Source: a virus
Lineage: Duplodnaviria; Caudoviricetes
Virus record (IMG/VR): IMGVR_UViG_3300029288_000101
Span: 32,001-96,000 of that record
Length of the DNA: 64,000 nt
Strand: one strand, 5' to 3'
Program-made: the position numbers and the translations under genes
Shown here: positions 1 to 9,856 of the stretch, in pieces
Numbering within the stretch: position 1 is the first letter of the stretch
How the letters are laid out: each line of letters opens with the position of its first letter
The notes under the pieces: generated by a model
What the model saw: only the letters and a program-made list of their open reading frames with translations
What the model was told of the DNA's origin: nothing
Databases searched by the model: none

Positions 1-22
1 TTCTGAATTTAGCATTATTTAA

Positions 23-1777
23 TTAATCTCCTGTCCAAGTACCCAATTTCGAACCTTTTCCTTCTATAAACACTTTAGCTTTCTGACCATAGCCTTTTGC
101 TGCTGCTTCTTCTTGCCACTGCTTACTTGTTTTCTTGCTTGCCTCTTCTCTCTCTCTTCGTTCTTCCTCTTTTATTGCTTTTTCTCTATGTTTTTCATAT
201 AACTCAGAAAAAGTTTTTTCAATTTTCATACCCTTTCTTATAATATCCTCAATCTTAGGTAAATTTTCTAATGCTACTTTTTTGCCTTCTGTAGTACCAT
301 GTTCTAATTCATTCTCATAACGTCTTCTCCATTCTCTCGAATTAGACATTATTTGCCTAAACTTTACATAATTAACTGATATATCTTTTGATTTTAAAAT
401 TGACGTGTCTATACTTTCATCAGACGCTTTTTGTCTTTCTGTTCTTTCTTTTCTTTCAAATGGTTTTATATCTCTAAATTTTGAATAAACTTTTTGTAAA
501 ACACTTTGTAATTCCGGAGTTAATTTAGATGATTCTTTATTTTTATTCTTCTTCTCTTCTCTAACAGTTTTTAAGGTTCTCTGAATAAAATCGTCCTCAG
601 ATTCTCCTGGGTTAGAAACATAAGTTTTACCTTCATATTCAATGTTCAATAATTTTTGTTCTTTTTTCTTTGATTCTTTTGATTTTGTGTTTTCTTTTGG
701 TTTTCTCTCAACCTTTTGCAGTTTATCCATTCTTCTATACAAAACTTTTCCATTGAAATTAATCAATTCAAAAGCACCTCTTTTAGTATCTCGATGCTCT
801 ATATATGTTCCCTCTACTAAACCACCATGAATACTCGGAAATTTAACAATATCGCCTTTTTTAAATTTTAATTCTTTCTCTTCCTTTGACTCTTTTAATT
901 TTTTAGGTTCTTCTTTTTTCTTTGGCTCTTTTTGTTCCTTATTTTGACTAACTTTCTTAGTCTCTTTCTTCTCCTTTCCTCTAGCTGTATTAAAATAAAT
1001 AACATTCCCTTCCTCATCAATTTTAAACTTCTTTTTATTATCTTCAAGCTTCCTACCTACAGTCATTAATCTTTTTGTCATCCTACCATTCCTGGTTACA
1101 TCCACTAATTCTTTATGCTTCCCTTCGCCATAATCTTTCTTTGATTTTGCTTTTTCAATTTTATCAAAAAAATCAAAGTCTTCAGATAAAACATTATATG
1201 CTTTTTGGATTTTATTATAATTCCTTAATTCTTCTTCCTTCTTAGTAAGTTCTTCTTTAAACCATTTTAATTCATCGGGTCTCTCACTACTTTTAAATGC
1301 GCTTATCTGTTTAGTCAAAGTCTTAATTCTTTCTCTCAATTCTTTTTTAGTAGGTTTTTCTTCATTATTTATTGTTTCTTTCTTTTCCTCCTTTATTACT
1401 ATTTTATTAGGCTGTTGAAAAGCAGCATTCAAACTAATATCTTCAGAACCAATCAAGCGATGCTGATAGAATGTGGTCCCATTTTTATTTGTTACCTTTA
1501 CATTTTCATAATGCTTTGCCTTTTCAATATCATTTTTATCAAACCAAAAATGTTCTCTCTTTCCTTCTTCTGAGATTTTAATAATTTTAATTAAATTAGG
1601 ATTAACTCTCGCTTTCTTAATATCTGTAATAAGTTCTACATGAGTTAAAATTCCGCTCTCAATTGCTTTATCAAAAGCTTCTTCAGTCAAAATTATCTCT
1701 TGTTGAGTGTTTAAAAAAGAAGCGTTTATTTGCTTCTTTATTTTTGCTTGATGTGTTGAAAGGTCTTGAAAATCCAT
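23..1777 (-). CDS. Lys/Glu-rich modular putative internal head protein
   Basis: 584 aa; repeated [ILF]xK[AS] motifs (FDKA, IKKA, IEKA x2, IQKA) followed by hairpin-like segments; SH3/KOW-like module shared with 2220..4322 and 63169; downstream of portal. Confidence 0.5.
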   Translation of the reverse strand: MDFQDLSTHQAKIKKQINASFLNTQQEIILTEEAFDKAIESGILTHVELITDIKKARVNPNLIKIIKISEEGKREHFWFDKNDIEKAKHYENVKVTNKNGTTFYQHRLIGSEDISLNAAFQQPNKIVIKEEKKETINNEEKPTKKELRERIKTLTKQISAFKSSERPDELKWFKEELTKKEEELRNYNKIQKAYNVLSEDFDFFDKIEKAKSKKDYGEGKHKELVDVTRNGRMTKRLMTVGRKLEDNKKKFKIDEEGNVIYFNTARGKEKKETKKVSQNKEQKEPKKKEEPKKLKESKEEKELKFKKGDIVKFPSIHGGLVEGTYIEHRDTKRGAFELINFNGKVLYRRMDKLQKVERKPKENTKSKESKKKEQKLLNIEYEGKTYVSNPGESEDDFIQRTLKTVREEKKNKNKESSKLTPELQSVLQKVYSKFRDIKPFERKERTERQKASDESIDTSILKSKDISVNYVKFRQIMSNSREWRRRYENELEHGTTEGKKVALENLPKIEDIIRKGMKIEKTFSELYEKHREKAIKEEERREREEASKKTSKQWQEEAAAKGYGQKAKVFIEGKGSKLGTWTGD

Positions 1778-1778
1778 C

Positions 1779-1919
1779 TTATATCTTTTTAATTTTTATA
1801 AAAACTTCTTTTAATACTTGTGATAAAATTTTGCCATATTCCTGTTTAAACTCCTTCTCTAATTCTTTTTGAACCTTATAACGTGGCTGTTCTTTTTTAT
1901 GTTTTTTTGTCGCAACCAT
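1779..1919 (-). CDS. small hypothetical protein (46 aa, MVATKKHKKEQPRY...)
   Basis: Read manually; fills the gap between 1929..2201 and 23..1777. Confidence 0.55.
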   Translation of the reverse strand: MVATKKHKKEQPRYKVQKELEKEFKQEYGKILSQVLKEVFIKIKKI

Positions 1920-1928
1920 AGATTTTAC

Positions 1929-2201
1929 TTATCTTGAATATGATAAGATATAACGATCGTCCCAAACATTATCATAATTCATATTACCATCAGCATATTC
2001 AGTTATTACAACACCAGAAGGTGCTACCGCACTAGCAGTTGTAATCCTCAATATTTTCCATTCTGGTCTTGAAGTAAGAGTCCCTAATGCTGCATATCCC
2101 ATATAAGTAATTTTAGTTGTCTTAATATCAACAATAGGAGCAGGCTGACTCTCAGTTAGAGTTTTATGTACTGGATAAGCGTCTTGGTCTTCTAATTTCA
2201 T
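1929..2201 (-). CDS. small conserved phage (probable virion) protein
   Basis: TYMGYAALG...WKILRI...WDDRYILSY pattern typical of a widespread small phage protein family. Confidence 0.55.
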   Translation of the reverse strand: MKLEDQDAYPVHKTLTESQPAPIVDIKTTKITYMGYAALGTLTSRPEWKILRITTASAVAPSGVVITEYADGNMNYDNVWDDRYILSYSR

Positions 2202-2219
2202 AGCTTTTTATTTTTAAAA

Positions 2220-4322
2220 TTATTTTTTCTGTTTTAATTTATTCTTATAAACTGAAATGGCAGAAGCGTAATTTGCCTTCTTTCCACCTTTTGTTAAATG
2301 AGTCACAGCTTTTACCCAAACTCCTTTATCTTTAACAAAAGCAGGAGGATTCTTTATCAAATGTTTTAAATCAAATTTGCCTTCTTTTTTAGTCCCTTCC
2401 TCTTTCCCCTCAGAAGTCTCAATTTTCTTTGCTTCTACTTTCTTCACTTCTTCCTTTTGTGGTTCTTGTCCTGGTCTCAAAATTCGCTTGGGTAATCTTG
2501 CAAAAATCTTATCTCCATATTTTATAAATACATATTCACCACGCTTTCCTGTATTATGACTTTTTACTACACCCTCAACCATCTTACCTTCTTTATTTAA
2601 GAATTTCACTTTATCTCCTGCCTTAAAATGTTCTCCCTCTGGGGTAAAGTCTTTTTTACTTTCTTTCTTTTTTTCTTCTTGAGTTCTTGGTACTATATTC
2701 CCACTCTCATCAACAGTATATTTACTTTTTTCTTGCCTTTTGCGTTCTTCTTCAAAACCTCTCATCTTCGCTTCTTCTTCTTGCTTTACTCTCTTTATCT
2801 GTTCTATCCAAGTTTCTTTCTTTAGCTTGTCTTCCTTCTTATTTTTGGTTTCTTCTATCCCAGTTTTATTTTTCTTTTTAAATATTACTTTAAATGCTTC
2901 TTCAACGAAATCTTTTACTTCATAATCATTATAATCCAATGAATCTATCATTTCTTCTATTGCAATTTCTTGTTTTTGATTTAAAGCCTTTCCAGATTTT
3001 TCTTTCTTCTCATTCTTCTCTTCTTTTCCTTCTAGTTTAGCTATTGAATTTTTAACTGATTTTATTTGATGAAGAACAGCTTTTTTGTTCATTTCAGATG
3101 TCTTAGGCAACATAGTAATATATTTTTTAAGGTTTTGTTTTTCTACCTCAAGTTTATGTTGTTTTTGTTCTTCAGTTTTCGGTTCTTTTTTAACTTCGTC
3201 TTTCTTCTCACCACTAATTTCATAATTATTTTCTAAGTCAACATTTTGAAAGCGAAGTTTTAAATGAGACGGCTCTTTTATAACTACAGTAACCTTTGGT
3301 CCAACACTAACAACTGTAAAGGTTTTATTCACACCACTTTCAAGTTCATGTTTATCATTATCCACACTAAATTTATATAATTTTGATATCTTAGTTCTAA
3401 ATTTCATACCAGGTTGTAATGTATTTTTTAATTCTTCTTTAACATCTTTCTTCTCACCACTTTCTACTTTTTTATTTTCTCCAATAATTCTTAATTCTCC
3501 ATTAGGGTTGATAGAGACTTTATCAGCTTTTAATTTCTCCTTTAAAATTCTCTCTTTTGCTGATGGATTCATCCTATTTATTTGAGACTTTGTGAATTTT
3601 AAATTTAAAAATTTATCTTCTTCTTCAGAACCAAGTTCTTGCCTTCTCTGAAAGGTTTTATTTTTACCGTGGACTGTTACCATTCCCATATGTTTAGCTT
3701 TTTCCAATTCTCCTTCCTCTGCTTTCTCTATTTTTGTTTTTTCGCAATGAATTGTAATATCTCCTTTTTTAATATTTAAATCTTTTGTTTTTTCAGACCA
3801 ACTTTCTGGGAGGATATCTTCTTTTCCAAGTTCTTTTGCTCTCCTCTTAATCCATGCCTTTGCTGCTGCAGGGTCTTTTGCTCTACCAACAGATTTTATT
3901 GCATCTTTCAAATCTTGGCTATTCCTAATAGGAAATGAACCATCCTTCATTGCCTCTCCTTTCTTTGAAAGGTTTTCACGTTCTTTAGTTGAAAAATCTG
4001 TTTTGTTTTTAGCTTTCTCAATATTATTATCAACATACATAACAGAAATATTTCCTGCTTTGTCAGAAACTTTTAAAACCTTTAAAGATTTTAAATCATT
4101 CCACGCTTTATCTATCAATTCCTTCGGTTTACTGTTTGATAGTTCTGCTTTCTTTAATTCTGTTTGAAAAATTCCAATTGCTTCAGAATTATAGTATTTC
4201 CAACCAAATTCCTCCACTGCTTTTTGAAATAATTCGTTAGTTACAATGATTTCTTTTTGAACACTACCACCTACACGCTGACTTACCAACGCTTTTTGTA
4301 AAACATCAAATTTTGCTTCCAT
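2220..4322 (-). CDS. modular Lys/Glu-rich head-associated protein with DUF6582-like domain
   Basis: ERENLSKKGEAMKDGSFPIRNSQDLKDAIKSVGRAKDP...IKRRAKELG resembles DUF6582; about seven xxKA motifs; SH3-like module; C-terminal NPPAFVKDKGVWVKA...YASAISVYK module. Confidence 0.55.
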   Translation of the reverse strand: MEAKFDVLQKALVSQRVGGSVQKEIIVTNELFQKAVEEFGWKYYNSEAIGIFQTELKKAELSNSKPKELIDKAWNDLKSLKVLKVSDKAGNISVMYVDNNIEKAKNKTDFSTKERENLSKKGEAMKDGSFPIRNSQDLKDAIKSVGRAKDPAAAKAWIKRRAKELGKEDILPESWSEKTKDLNIKKGDITIHCEKTKIEKAEEGELEKAKHMGMVTVHGKNKTFQRRQELGSEEEDKFLNLKFTKSQINRMNPSAKERILKEKLKADKVSINPNGELRIIGENKKVESGEKKDVKEELKNTLQPGMKFRTKISKLYKFSVDNDKHELESGVNKTFTVVSVGPKVTVVIKEPSHLKLRFQNVDLENNYEISGEKKDEVKKEPKTEEQKQHKLEVEKQNLKKYITMLPKTSEMNKKAVLHQIKSVKNSIAKLEGKEEKNEKKEKSGKALNQKQEIAIEEMIDSLDYNDYEVKDFVEEAFKVIFKKKNKTGIEETKNKKEDKLKKETWIEQIKRVKQEEEAKMRGFEEERKRQEKSKYTVDESGNIVPRTQEEKKKESKKDFTPEGEHFKAGDKVKFLNKEGKMVEGVVKSHNTGKRGEYVFIKYGDKIFARLPKRILRPGQEPQKEEVKKVEAKKIETSEGKEEGTKKEGKFDLKHLIKNPPAFVKDKGVWVKAVTHLTKGGKKANYASAISVYKNKLKQKK

Positions 4323-4364
4323 TTATTTTATTTTTATTAAATTATTTTTTTTAATTACTCTTCA

Positions 4365-5987
4365 TTAATCTTCTTTATTCAAATTATTTAAAAATAATTG
4401 AAGACTTTTTTCAATTGGATTAGTTTCCTCTTCTTCAGGAACAAGAATAGGATTTTGTTCTTCCATTGATTCTTGTCCTTCTTCGCCACCGCCTTGCTGT
4501 TCTTGCATTTGATTCTGTTTCTCCATTTGCAATGCATTTGTATAGACCCCGTCTAACAAAATATCTCCTCCCTGCAAATCTTTTAAACCATGAGATCTTC
4601 TCACCTCATTAACAGTTTTAGATACTTTTGATAATTTAGTATCTAAATCTACTTCTTCTTGAGGAGTTAATCCTGTTAGTCCTTCAAAACTAAATTCATA
4701 TTTTCCTTTATAAAATTGAGAAACCAAAAACTTATTTAATCTCTTTTGTAAAAATTTCAATATTGGAATTAAACCTTTATCTCTACTCCATTTCAATCTC
4801 GCTTCATTGTTACCTTCAAACAAAGACTTCTGACCACTGTTACCACCTTGAGAAAAATTGACTTCTGATGGATCCATGGCGAAAACTGCACACGCTAAAG
4901 TCAACAAATATTGTTGATATTTATTATATTCCATCTCACGATTTGACTTTTGCAAATCTACCCATTCTGCTTTATCTGCTTCTAATATTGGAGTTTTATG
5001 AGCATTATAAACGCCACGCATTTGAGAGTTCCACATTTGTTTGAATTCTTGAACCTTACTTTCGTTCAACATTCCTGAAACTCTTAAAATCCCTTTTGGT
5101 GCACTGCCTTGTTTGAAAAATCTCCTATTATATTCATCTCCCCATAACATAGCTGTTACAGTTGCTGTTAGTTCTTCCAACTCACTTACACCATAACCAT
5201 TTAAATAAATACTTGTGTCTGGGTTTCTTACACCAAAACACATTTCCCAAGGATAAAATTCTGCTTTTACTTGTTGTTGATATACTTGAACATAATTAGG
5301 ATAATAACCTTTTATTTTCTTTCTATTAGAAGTTTGGCCTGCTTGATAATTATCATCATCATAACTATCTGCTATGCGCATCGTTGAACTATCTACTGCA
5401 TAAAATTCACACGGCACACCTTTCCTGTTATGAATAACCTCAAAACACATCTGGTCGTATGTCAATGAATCTCTTATTATTTTTCTAACAAAACCATCAA
5501 AATCATCAGCTTCCCAGCTCTGACCGTCACCACAATTCTCAAGAAACTTAATTATCTCTTCTACTTCTTTTCGTTCTTCTTTTGTTAATTCTTCATTTTG
5601 ATCTTCTCCTTCAAAATTCTTCTTTTTCTTTATTTTATAGCCTATGCCAAATCTATCTGATTGTGGTTCTGCAAATGAAGCTATTTGGTTAATTCTTGTT
5701 CTAATTATTGCATTTATTATTGGCGTTTTCGCCATACTCTTTAGCATATTATAGCTTAATGCTGTTGGTTTATCTTTAAAGCCAAAAGAAGCATTAAATG
5801 CTTGAGGGTCAAAAAGAAAAGATTTGCGATCTCCAGTTTCTCTTGTCTGTATCTGATTTAAAACTTGAGAAGCTTTAATGATATCTGAAGGATTATCTCC
5901 AGTCATCATACCTTCTAAAAGTTTAAATTTTTTTACTTCAAGAATTTGTTGAGCTTTCTCAATTTTTGTTAAAGTTGCAGAAGACAT
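4365..5987 (-). CDS. portal protein
   Basis: RDSLTYDQ, GYGVSELE, RFFKQGSAPKGIL, GLIPILKFL, KTVNEVRR motifs as in SPO1/Twort-like portals. Confidence 0.92.
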   Translation of the reverse strand: MSSATLTKIEKAQQILEVKKFKLLEGMMTGDNPSDIIKASQVLNQIQTRETGDRKSFLFDPQAFNASFGFKDKPTALSYNMLKSMAKTPIINAIIRTRINQIASFAEPQSDRFGIGYKIKKKKNFEGEDQNEELTKEERKEVEEIIKFLENCGDGQSWEADDFDGFVRKIIRDSLTYDQMCFEVIHNRKGVPCEFYAVDSSTMRIADSYDDDNYQAGQTSNRKKIKGYYPNYVQVYQQQVKAEFYPWEMCFGVRNPDTSIYLNGYGVSELEELTATVTAMLWGDEYNRRFFKQGSAPKGILRVSGMLNESKVQEFKQMWNSQMRGVYNAHKTPILEADKAEWVDLQKSNREMEYNKYQQYLLTLACAVFAMDPSEVNFSQGGNSGQKSLFEGNNEARLKWSRDKGLIPILKFLQKRLNKFLVSQFYKGKYEFSFEGLTGLTPQEEVDLDTKLSKVSKTVNEVRRSHGLKDLQGGDILLDGVYTNALQMEKQNQMQEQQGGGEEGQESMEEQNPILVPEEEETNPIEKSLQLFLNNLNKED

Positions 5988-6001
5988 TCTACCAATTTAA
6001 G

Positions 6002-6023
6002 AATTTACAACTTTATAACTGTT
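6002..6023 (-). promoter_or_regulatory. candidate late promoter AACAGTTATAAAGTTGTAAATT
   Basis: 21/22 identical to 23590..23611; both lie directly upstream of head genes. Confidence 0.5.
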
Positions 6024-6028
6024 ACAAC

Positions 6029-7021
6029 TTAAACAACCTGAGTTTTTGGCGTAAATTTTTGACGTTGTTTACCAACCTTAAATTTCATTTTCATATATTT
6101 CTGAAACTCACAAAGGCTATGCTCAATTTCTCGCAGTGTCAATCTCTTATATTTATTTTGAAGATAAGGAAAATCTTCAAAACCAAACAGCTTTAAATAG
6201 CTTTCTTGCTCATCTCTTAAATGATAAATAACTTCTTTTGCATCTTCATAGTTACCTCTGTTAGGAAATATCCAACGCACACCTGTTACAGCACCTGGAC
6301 CAACGTTAACAAAATCATTCTGATTAAAACCAACTATCTCAGGGGAGAAATAATCAAAATCACAATACAGTTCATAAGTTATAAAATCATATAAAAAAGG
6401 TACTTTTTTTAAAACATCGATTAATTCCTTTGGCTTCTCTGATTCTAAAATTCTTTTTACAATTTGATTTTCTTTAATAAATTGGAAACTCCTAACAAAC
6501 AGTTTCAAAACTTCCTTTTTAAAATTATCGCCTTTTGGATAAAATCCTAAACTCTTCCCAATATACATAGTCACTGGAGAAGGTATAAATTGATAAGCAT
6601 TGCAAAAAGGCTTTTCAATTTTCATACAAACTTCTACTATCTTATTTAAATCAGTGTTCTTTAATCTGCATAAAGGTTCTATCTTATCATAAGTTTCTGT
6701 TCTATTAAAAAATCTAAAGATGATACAACCAAAAATTTTATTTTTAGTACTCAATTCCTCATTTCTAATTACTGTATTAATTAAATATTGGCTGTTTCTG
6801 TCTAATTCACGATAGGCATTTGTAAATTTATTATCTCTTAAAATTGAGTCTTTTGACCACGGAGCAGGGAGCTTCTTAATAAACCTTCTACAATATATAG
6901 AATGACGCTCATAAATCCAATACCAAAATGTTCTTAAATTTTCCTCGCAGACATCTAATTCTGCATCAGGCATAAATTTTAATACATTTGGTTGTAATTT
7001 AACTGTCTTTTTAGCTTTCAT
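6029..7021 (-). CDS. aGPT-Pplase1 / amino acid:DNA transferase family (thymine hypermodification)
   Basis: FWYWIYERHSIY...PWSKDSILRDNKFTNAYRELDR, VNVGPGA, REIEHSLCEFQKY signatures. Confidence 0.85.
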   Translation of the reverse strand: MKAKKTVKLQPNVLKFMPDAELDVCEENLRTFWYWIYERHSIYCRRFIKKLPAPWSKDSILRDNKFTNAYRELDRNSQYLINTVIRNEELSTKNKIFGCIIFRFFNRTETYDKIEPLCRLKNTDLNKIVEVCMKIEKPFCNAYQFIPSPVTMYIGKSLGFYPKGDNFKKEVLKLFVRSFQFIKENQIVKRILESEKPKELIDVLKKVPFLYDFITYELYCDFDYFSPEIVGFNQNDFVNVGPGAVTGVRWIFPNRGNYEDAKEVIYHLRDEQESYLKLFGFEDFPYLQNKYKRLTLREIEHSLCEFQKYMKMKFKVGKQRQKFTPKTQVV

Positions 7022-7026
7022 CTATT

Positions 7027-7995
7027 TTACAACAATTCTTTAAATTCTTTTGATGTTAACTTCAACAACTTTTTATCAATCTTCTCACTACCGAAAGTTA
7101 TTTTTGGAACTACATGAGTATAAAACCCTGGATGACCATTACATTCACGACAAAGAGCAAGTTTACTTCTACCAGCGTTCTGTAAATGTAACCGATAAAA
7201 ATTAATCAAATCACTGTTCCAAATATCTATTATGTTTTCTTTCAACACATTACCTAATTTTATTTTACTAAAAAAGTCATTGCAACAAATCAACATATTC
7301 CCTTTCCAATCTATAATTGGTCTTCTAAAAGGAAAAACGCAAATTTTATTTTGATTGCCAGGTTTCATTCCTGCTAATTTGCCGTTCAAAGCACCACCAT
7401 TATTTTCTAATAAATTATAAATCTGACTCTTTTTAGTTGAAAACACAGAGCAGTTTCCAGCTGTAAGATATTTGGTCTTATCAATAAGATCTACTACCTT
7501 TTTATCTTTACCAACTTTTGTGTACACCTCTCCTCCAAGAATTAATCCTCCAATATAAGTTTTAATCTCATACAACCATTCTGCAATCTTTATCACTCTG
7601 TTTCTATCTGAATAGACATTTATTTCCATTTGATTCAAACCAGCTTCAAATAAAATTCTAATATCTTTATCACTCTTAAATAAATCTCCATTCGTATTAA
7701 ACATAATACAAACATTTGGAAGTTTCTTTCGTATATATTTTATCTTTTCAATTAAATTCTTATCTAACAGTGGTTCATTATAAGAGTTCAATTCTATTCT
7801 TCCTTTATAATTCAACTCTTTTAATTGTTTTATTATTTGACTAAAAACTTCATCAGTCATAAATTCTTTTGGCTTTTCATAATAACCAAAACCACAAAAC
7901 TCACACTTCCTGTTACAAAAAGAAGTTGTTTGAATCAAAATTGTATTAAATTGAGGAACTTCTTCCTCTTTCCTTACATTTACTACCTTTTGCAT
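7027..7995 (-). CDS. radical SAM protein with SPASM/twitch domain
   Basis: CNRKCEFC (CxxxCxxC); NEPLL; C-terminal CVFPF...ICCND...LGNV...IW...CREC. Confidence 0.9.
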   Translation of the reverse strand: MQKVVNVRKEEEVPQFNTILIQTTSFCNRKCEFCGFGYYEKPKEFMTDEVFSQIIKQLKELNYKGRIELNSYNEPLLDKNLIEKIKYIRKKLPNVCIMFNTNGDLFKSDKDIRILFEAGLNQMEINVYSDRNRVIKIAEWLYEIKTYIGGLILGGEVYTKVGKDKKVVDLIDKTKYLTAGNCSVFSTKKSQIYNLLENNGGALNGKLAGMKPGNQNKICVFPFRRPIIDWKGNMLICCNDFFSKIKLGNVLKENIIDIWNSDLINFYRLHLQNAGRSKLALCRECNGHPGFYTHVVPKITFGSEKIDKKLLKLTSKEFKELL

Positions 7996-8001
7996 ATTGT
8001 T

Positions 8002-9417
8002 TTATCTTTTAAATGAAAAATTTCGTTTATCACCAATACCGTACCAAGTCCTTGATGCTTTCTCAATAAACTTTTTATCAGCTTTACCTGTTTCATATTT
8101 CTTATACCAGCCTGTTGGTTTACCTTCTATTACATCTATATATTGCTTACAAACATAATCAACATCAAAGTGTTTTAATAATTTATAATTATTCTGTACA
8201 ATTTTATTATATTTCTTCTCAGACATCGCTAAACCACTTAACATCTTATCTGCAAATTGTTTGGGAGTAGCGTCATAAGGAATCATTAAATAATTTTCAT
8301 CAGGTTTGAATATATCCCCAATACCTTCTTCATTATTACTTAAACCAAGATTTCTACTTATTGGTACAATACCATTCATTATCGCTTCAATTAATACTCT
8401 TGAAAAATGTTCACCATATTCCTTACTGATTGTGTAATAAGCTGTATCTATGAAAAAAGAAGAACTTTTAAAGCAAACATCTCGCTCTTCAGCAGACATC
8501 CAAAACAAAATAAATGTATTACATTTTTTAGCCAATTTTAAAATATACCGACCATAATATCTCTTATTAATATCAGGATCTATTTCTGGATTGACTAAAT
8601 ATTGCTTCTTTACCTTTGTCTTAGACATCATATAATAATATTCCAATCCCTTACCACCTATCAAAAACTCTGTTTCAGGATTTTCAAAATAAACATGAGG
8701 TATAGCTCTAATTAAATCATCAACGTGTTTTGATGCTTTCCAATTTTGTAAAGAGAAAAAAGTAGGCTTCTTTGCAATTGTATGAAAATTACTCTTTGAA
8801 TAATCTACTCCATCTAATATTTGAGGATTAAATATCATACAACGAGGAGTGTCAAAAACACCACAGGCATTATAAGAGGCTGGATGAACAGTGATAATTC
8901 TATCAAAATAAGGCATTATAAAGTATAGCCAAGAAGAATTTGCTCTTATATTCCCATCATGATGAAAAGCAATATTAACAGGATGCTTTAAATCCAAAAG
9001 CATTGGCCAAGTTGTATCTTTTTGGTAATCTTCTTGTTTGAACCAAAAAGGTGTATGCCAAAATACTGCGTCATAGCTCTCTAATTTTTCTTTAAATTGC
9101 TGTTTTTGTTTTAATGTTCCTAATGGAGTTGTAGGCACAAACCAACCAAAATGATTATGAAAATATTCCCCTGTCCCTATTCCTTTATCTAATAAATAAA
9201 CTCTTTGTTTTTCTATTTCAAGTTCTCCGTTCAAATATTCTTGAAGTTTCTTGATTACAAGCTTCTCGTTTGATTCTGCTTTACTTCCGATAAAATAAAA
9301 ATCCACTTCATGTCCTAATCTTTTTAGACCATAAATGGAATGTTCAACATGCTGCATAAATCCTCCATAAATAGAGGAACCTCTATGCATAATATAAGCA
9401 ATTTTATATTTTCTCAT
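8002..9417 (-). CDS. GT-B fold glycosyltransferase (GT4-like)
   Basis: KHVDDLIRA, GEHFSRVLIEAIMNGIVP (EX7E-like). Confidence 0.75.
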   Translation of the reverse strand: MRKYKIAYIMHRGSSIYGGFMQHVEHSIYGLKRLGHEVDFYFIGSKAESNEKLVIKKLQEYLNGELEIEKQRVYLLDKGIGTGEYFHNHFGWFVPTTPLGTLKQKQQFKEKLESYDAVFWHTPFWFKQEDYQKDTTWPMLLDLKHPVNIAFHHDGNIRANSSWLYFIMPYFDRIITVHPASYNACGVFDTPRCMIFNPQILDGVDYSKSNFHTIAKKPTFFSLQNWKASKHVDDLIRAIPHVYFENPETEFLIGGKGLEYYYMMSKTKVKKQYLVNPEIDPDINKRYYGRYILKLAKKCNTFILFWMSAEERDVCFKSSSFFIDTAYYTISKEYGEHFSRVLIEAIMNGIVPISRNLGLSNNEEGIGDIFKPDENYLMIPYDATPKQFADKMLSGLAMSEKKYNKIVQNNYKLLKHFDVDYVCKQYIDVIEGKPTGWYKKYETGKADKKFIEKASRTWYGIGDKRNFSFKR

Positions 9418-9856
9418 CCTCGAATAACTTTCTTAACCTTTCTCGTAAATCTGTTGAAGAAAAATGATGTCTTCTTGAATTATAATAATTCTCTATTCCT
9501 TCAATGTTTTTCCCTGTATGTTCTTTATCTTTATACTCTTCCCCAATGATTCTAATATCAGGTAAAAGCACTAACAACATATCAACCAAATCTTCTTCAG
9601 ACTCAAAAGGAATTATATAATCAACACATTCAATAGCCTGTAATTGAAGAAATCTTTCAAACAAAGATTGAATAGGTTTGTTCTTTTTCTTTCTACTAAT
9701 CGTAGGATCCGAAAGGATACCGACAATCAAAAAATCACACTTTGATTTTGCTTCAGCAAGCATAGCAACATGTCCAGCGTGTAAAAGGTCAAACGTGCTG
9801 CATGTAAATCCAATTTTCTTCCCTTCTGCTCTCAGTTTATAAATTTTATTTAACAT
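9404..9856 (-). CDS. cytidylyltransferase (TagD/RfaE-II family)
   Basis: FDLLHAGH (HxGH), R..H.FSSTDLR. Confidence 0.9.
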   Translation of the reverse strand: MLNKIYKLRAEGKKIGFTCSTFDLLHAGHVAMLAEAKSKCDFLIVGILSDPTISRKKKNKPIQSLFERFLQLQAIECVDYIIPFESEEDLVDMLLVLLPDIRIIGEEYKDKEHTGKNIEGIENYYNSRRHHFSSTDLRERLRKLFEDEKI

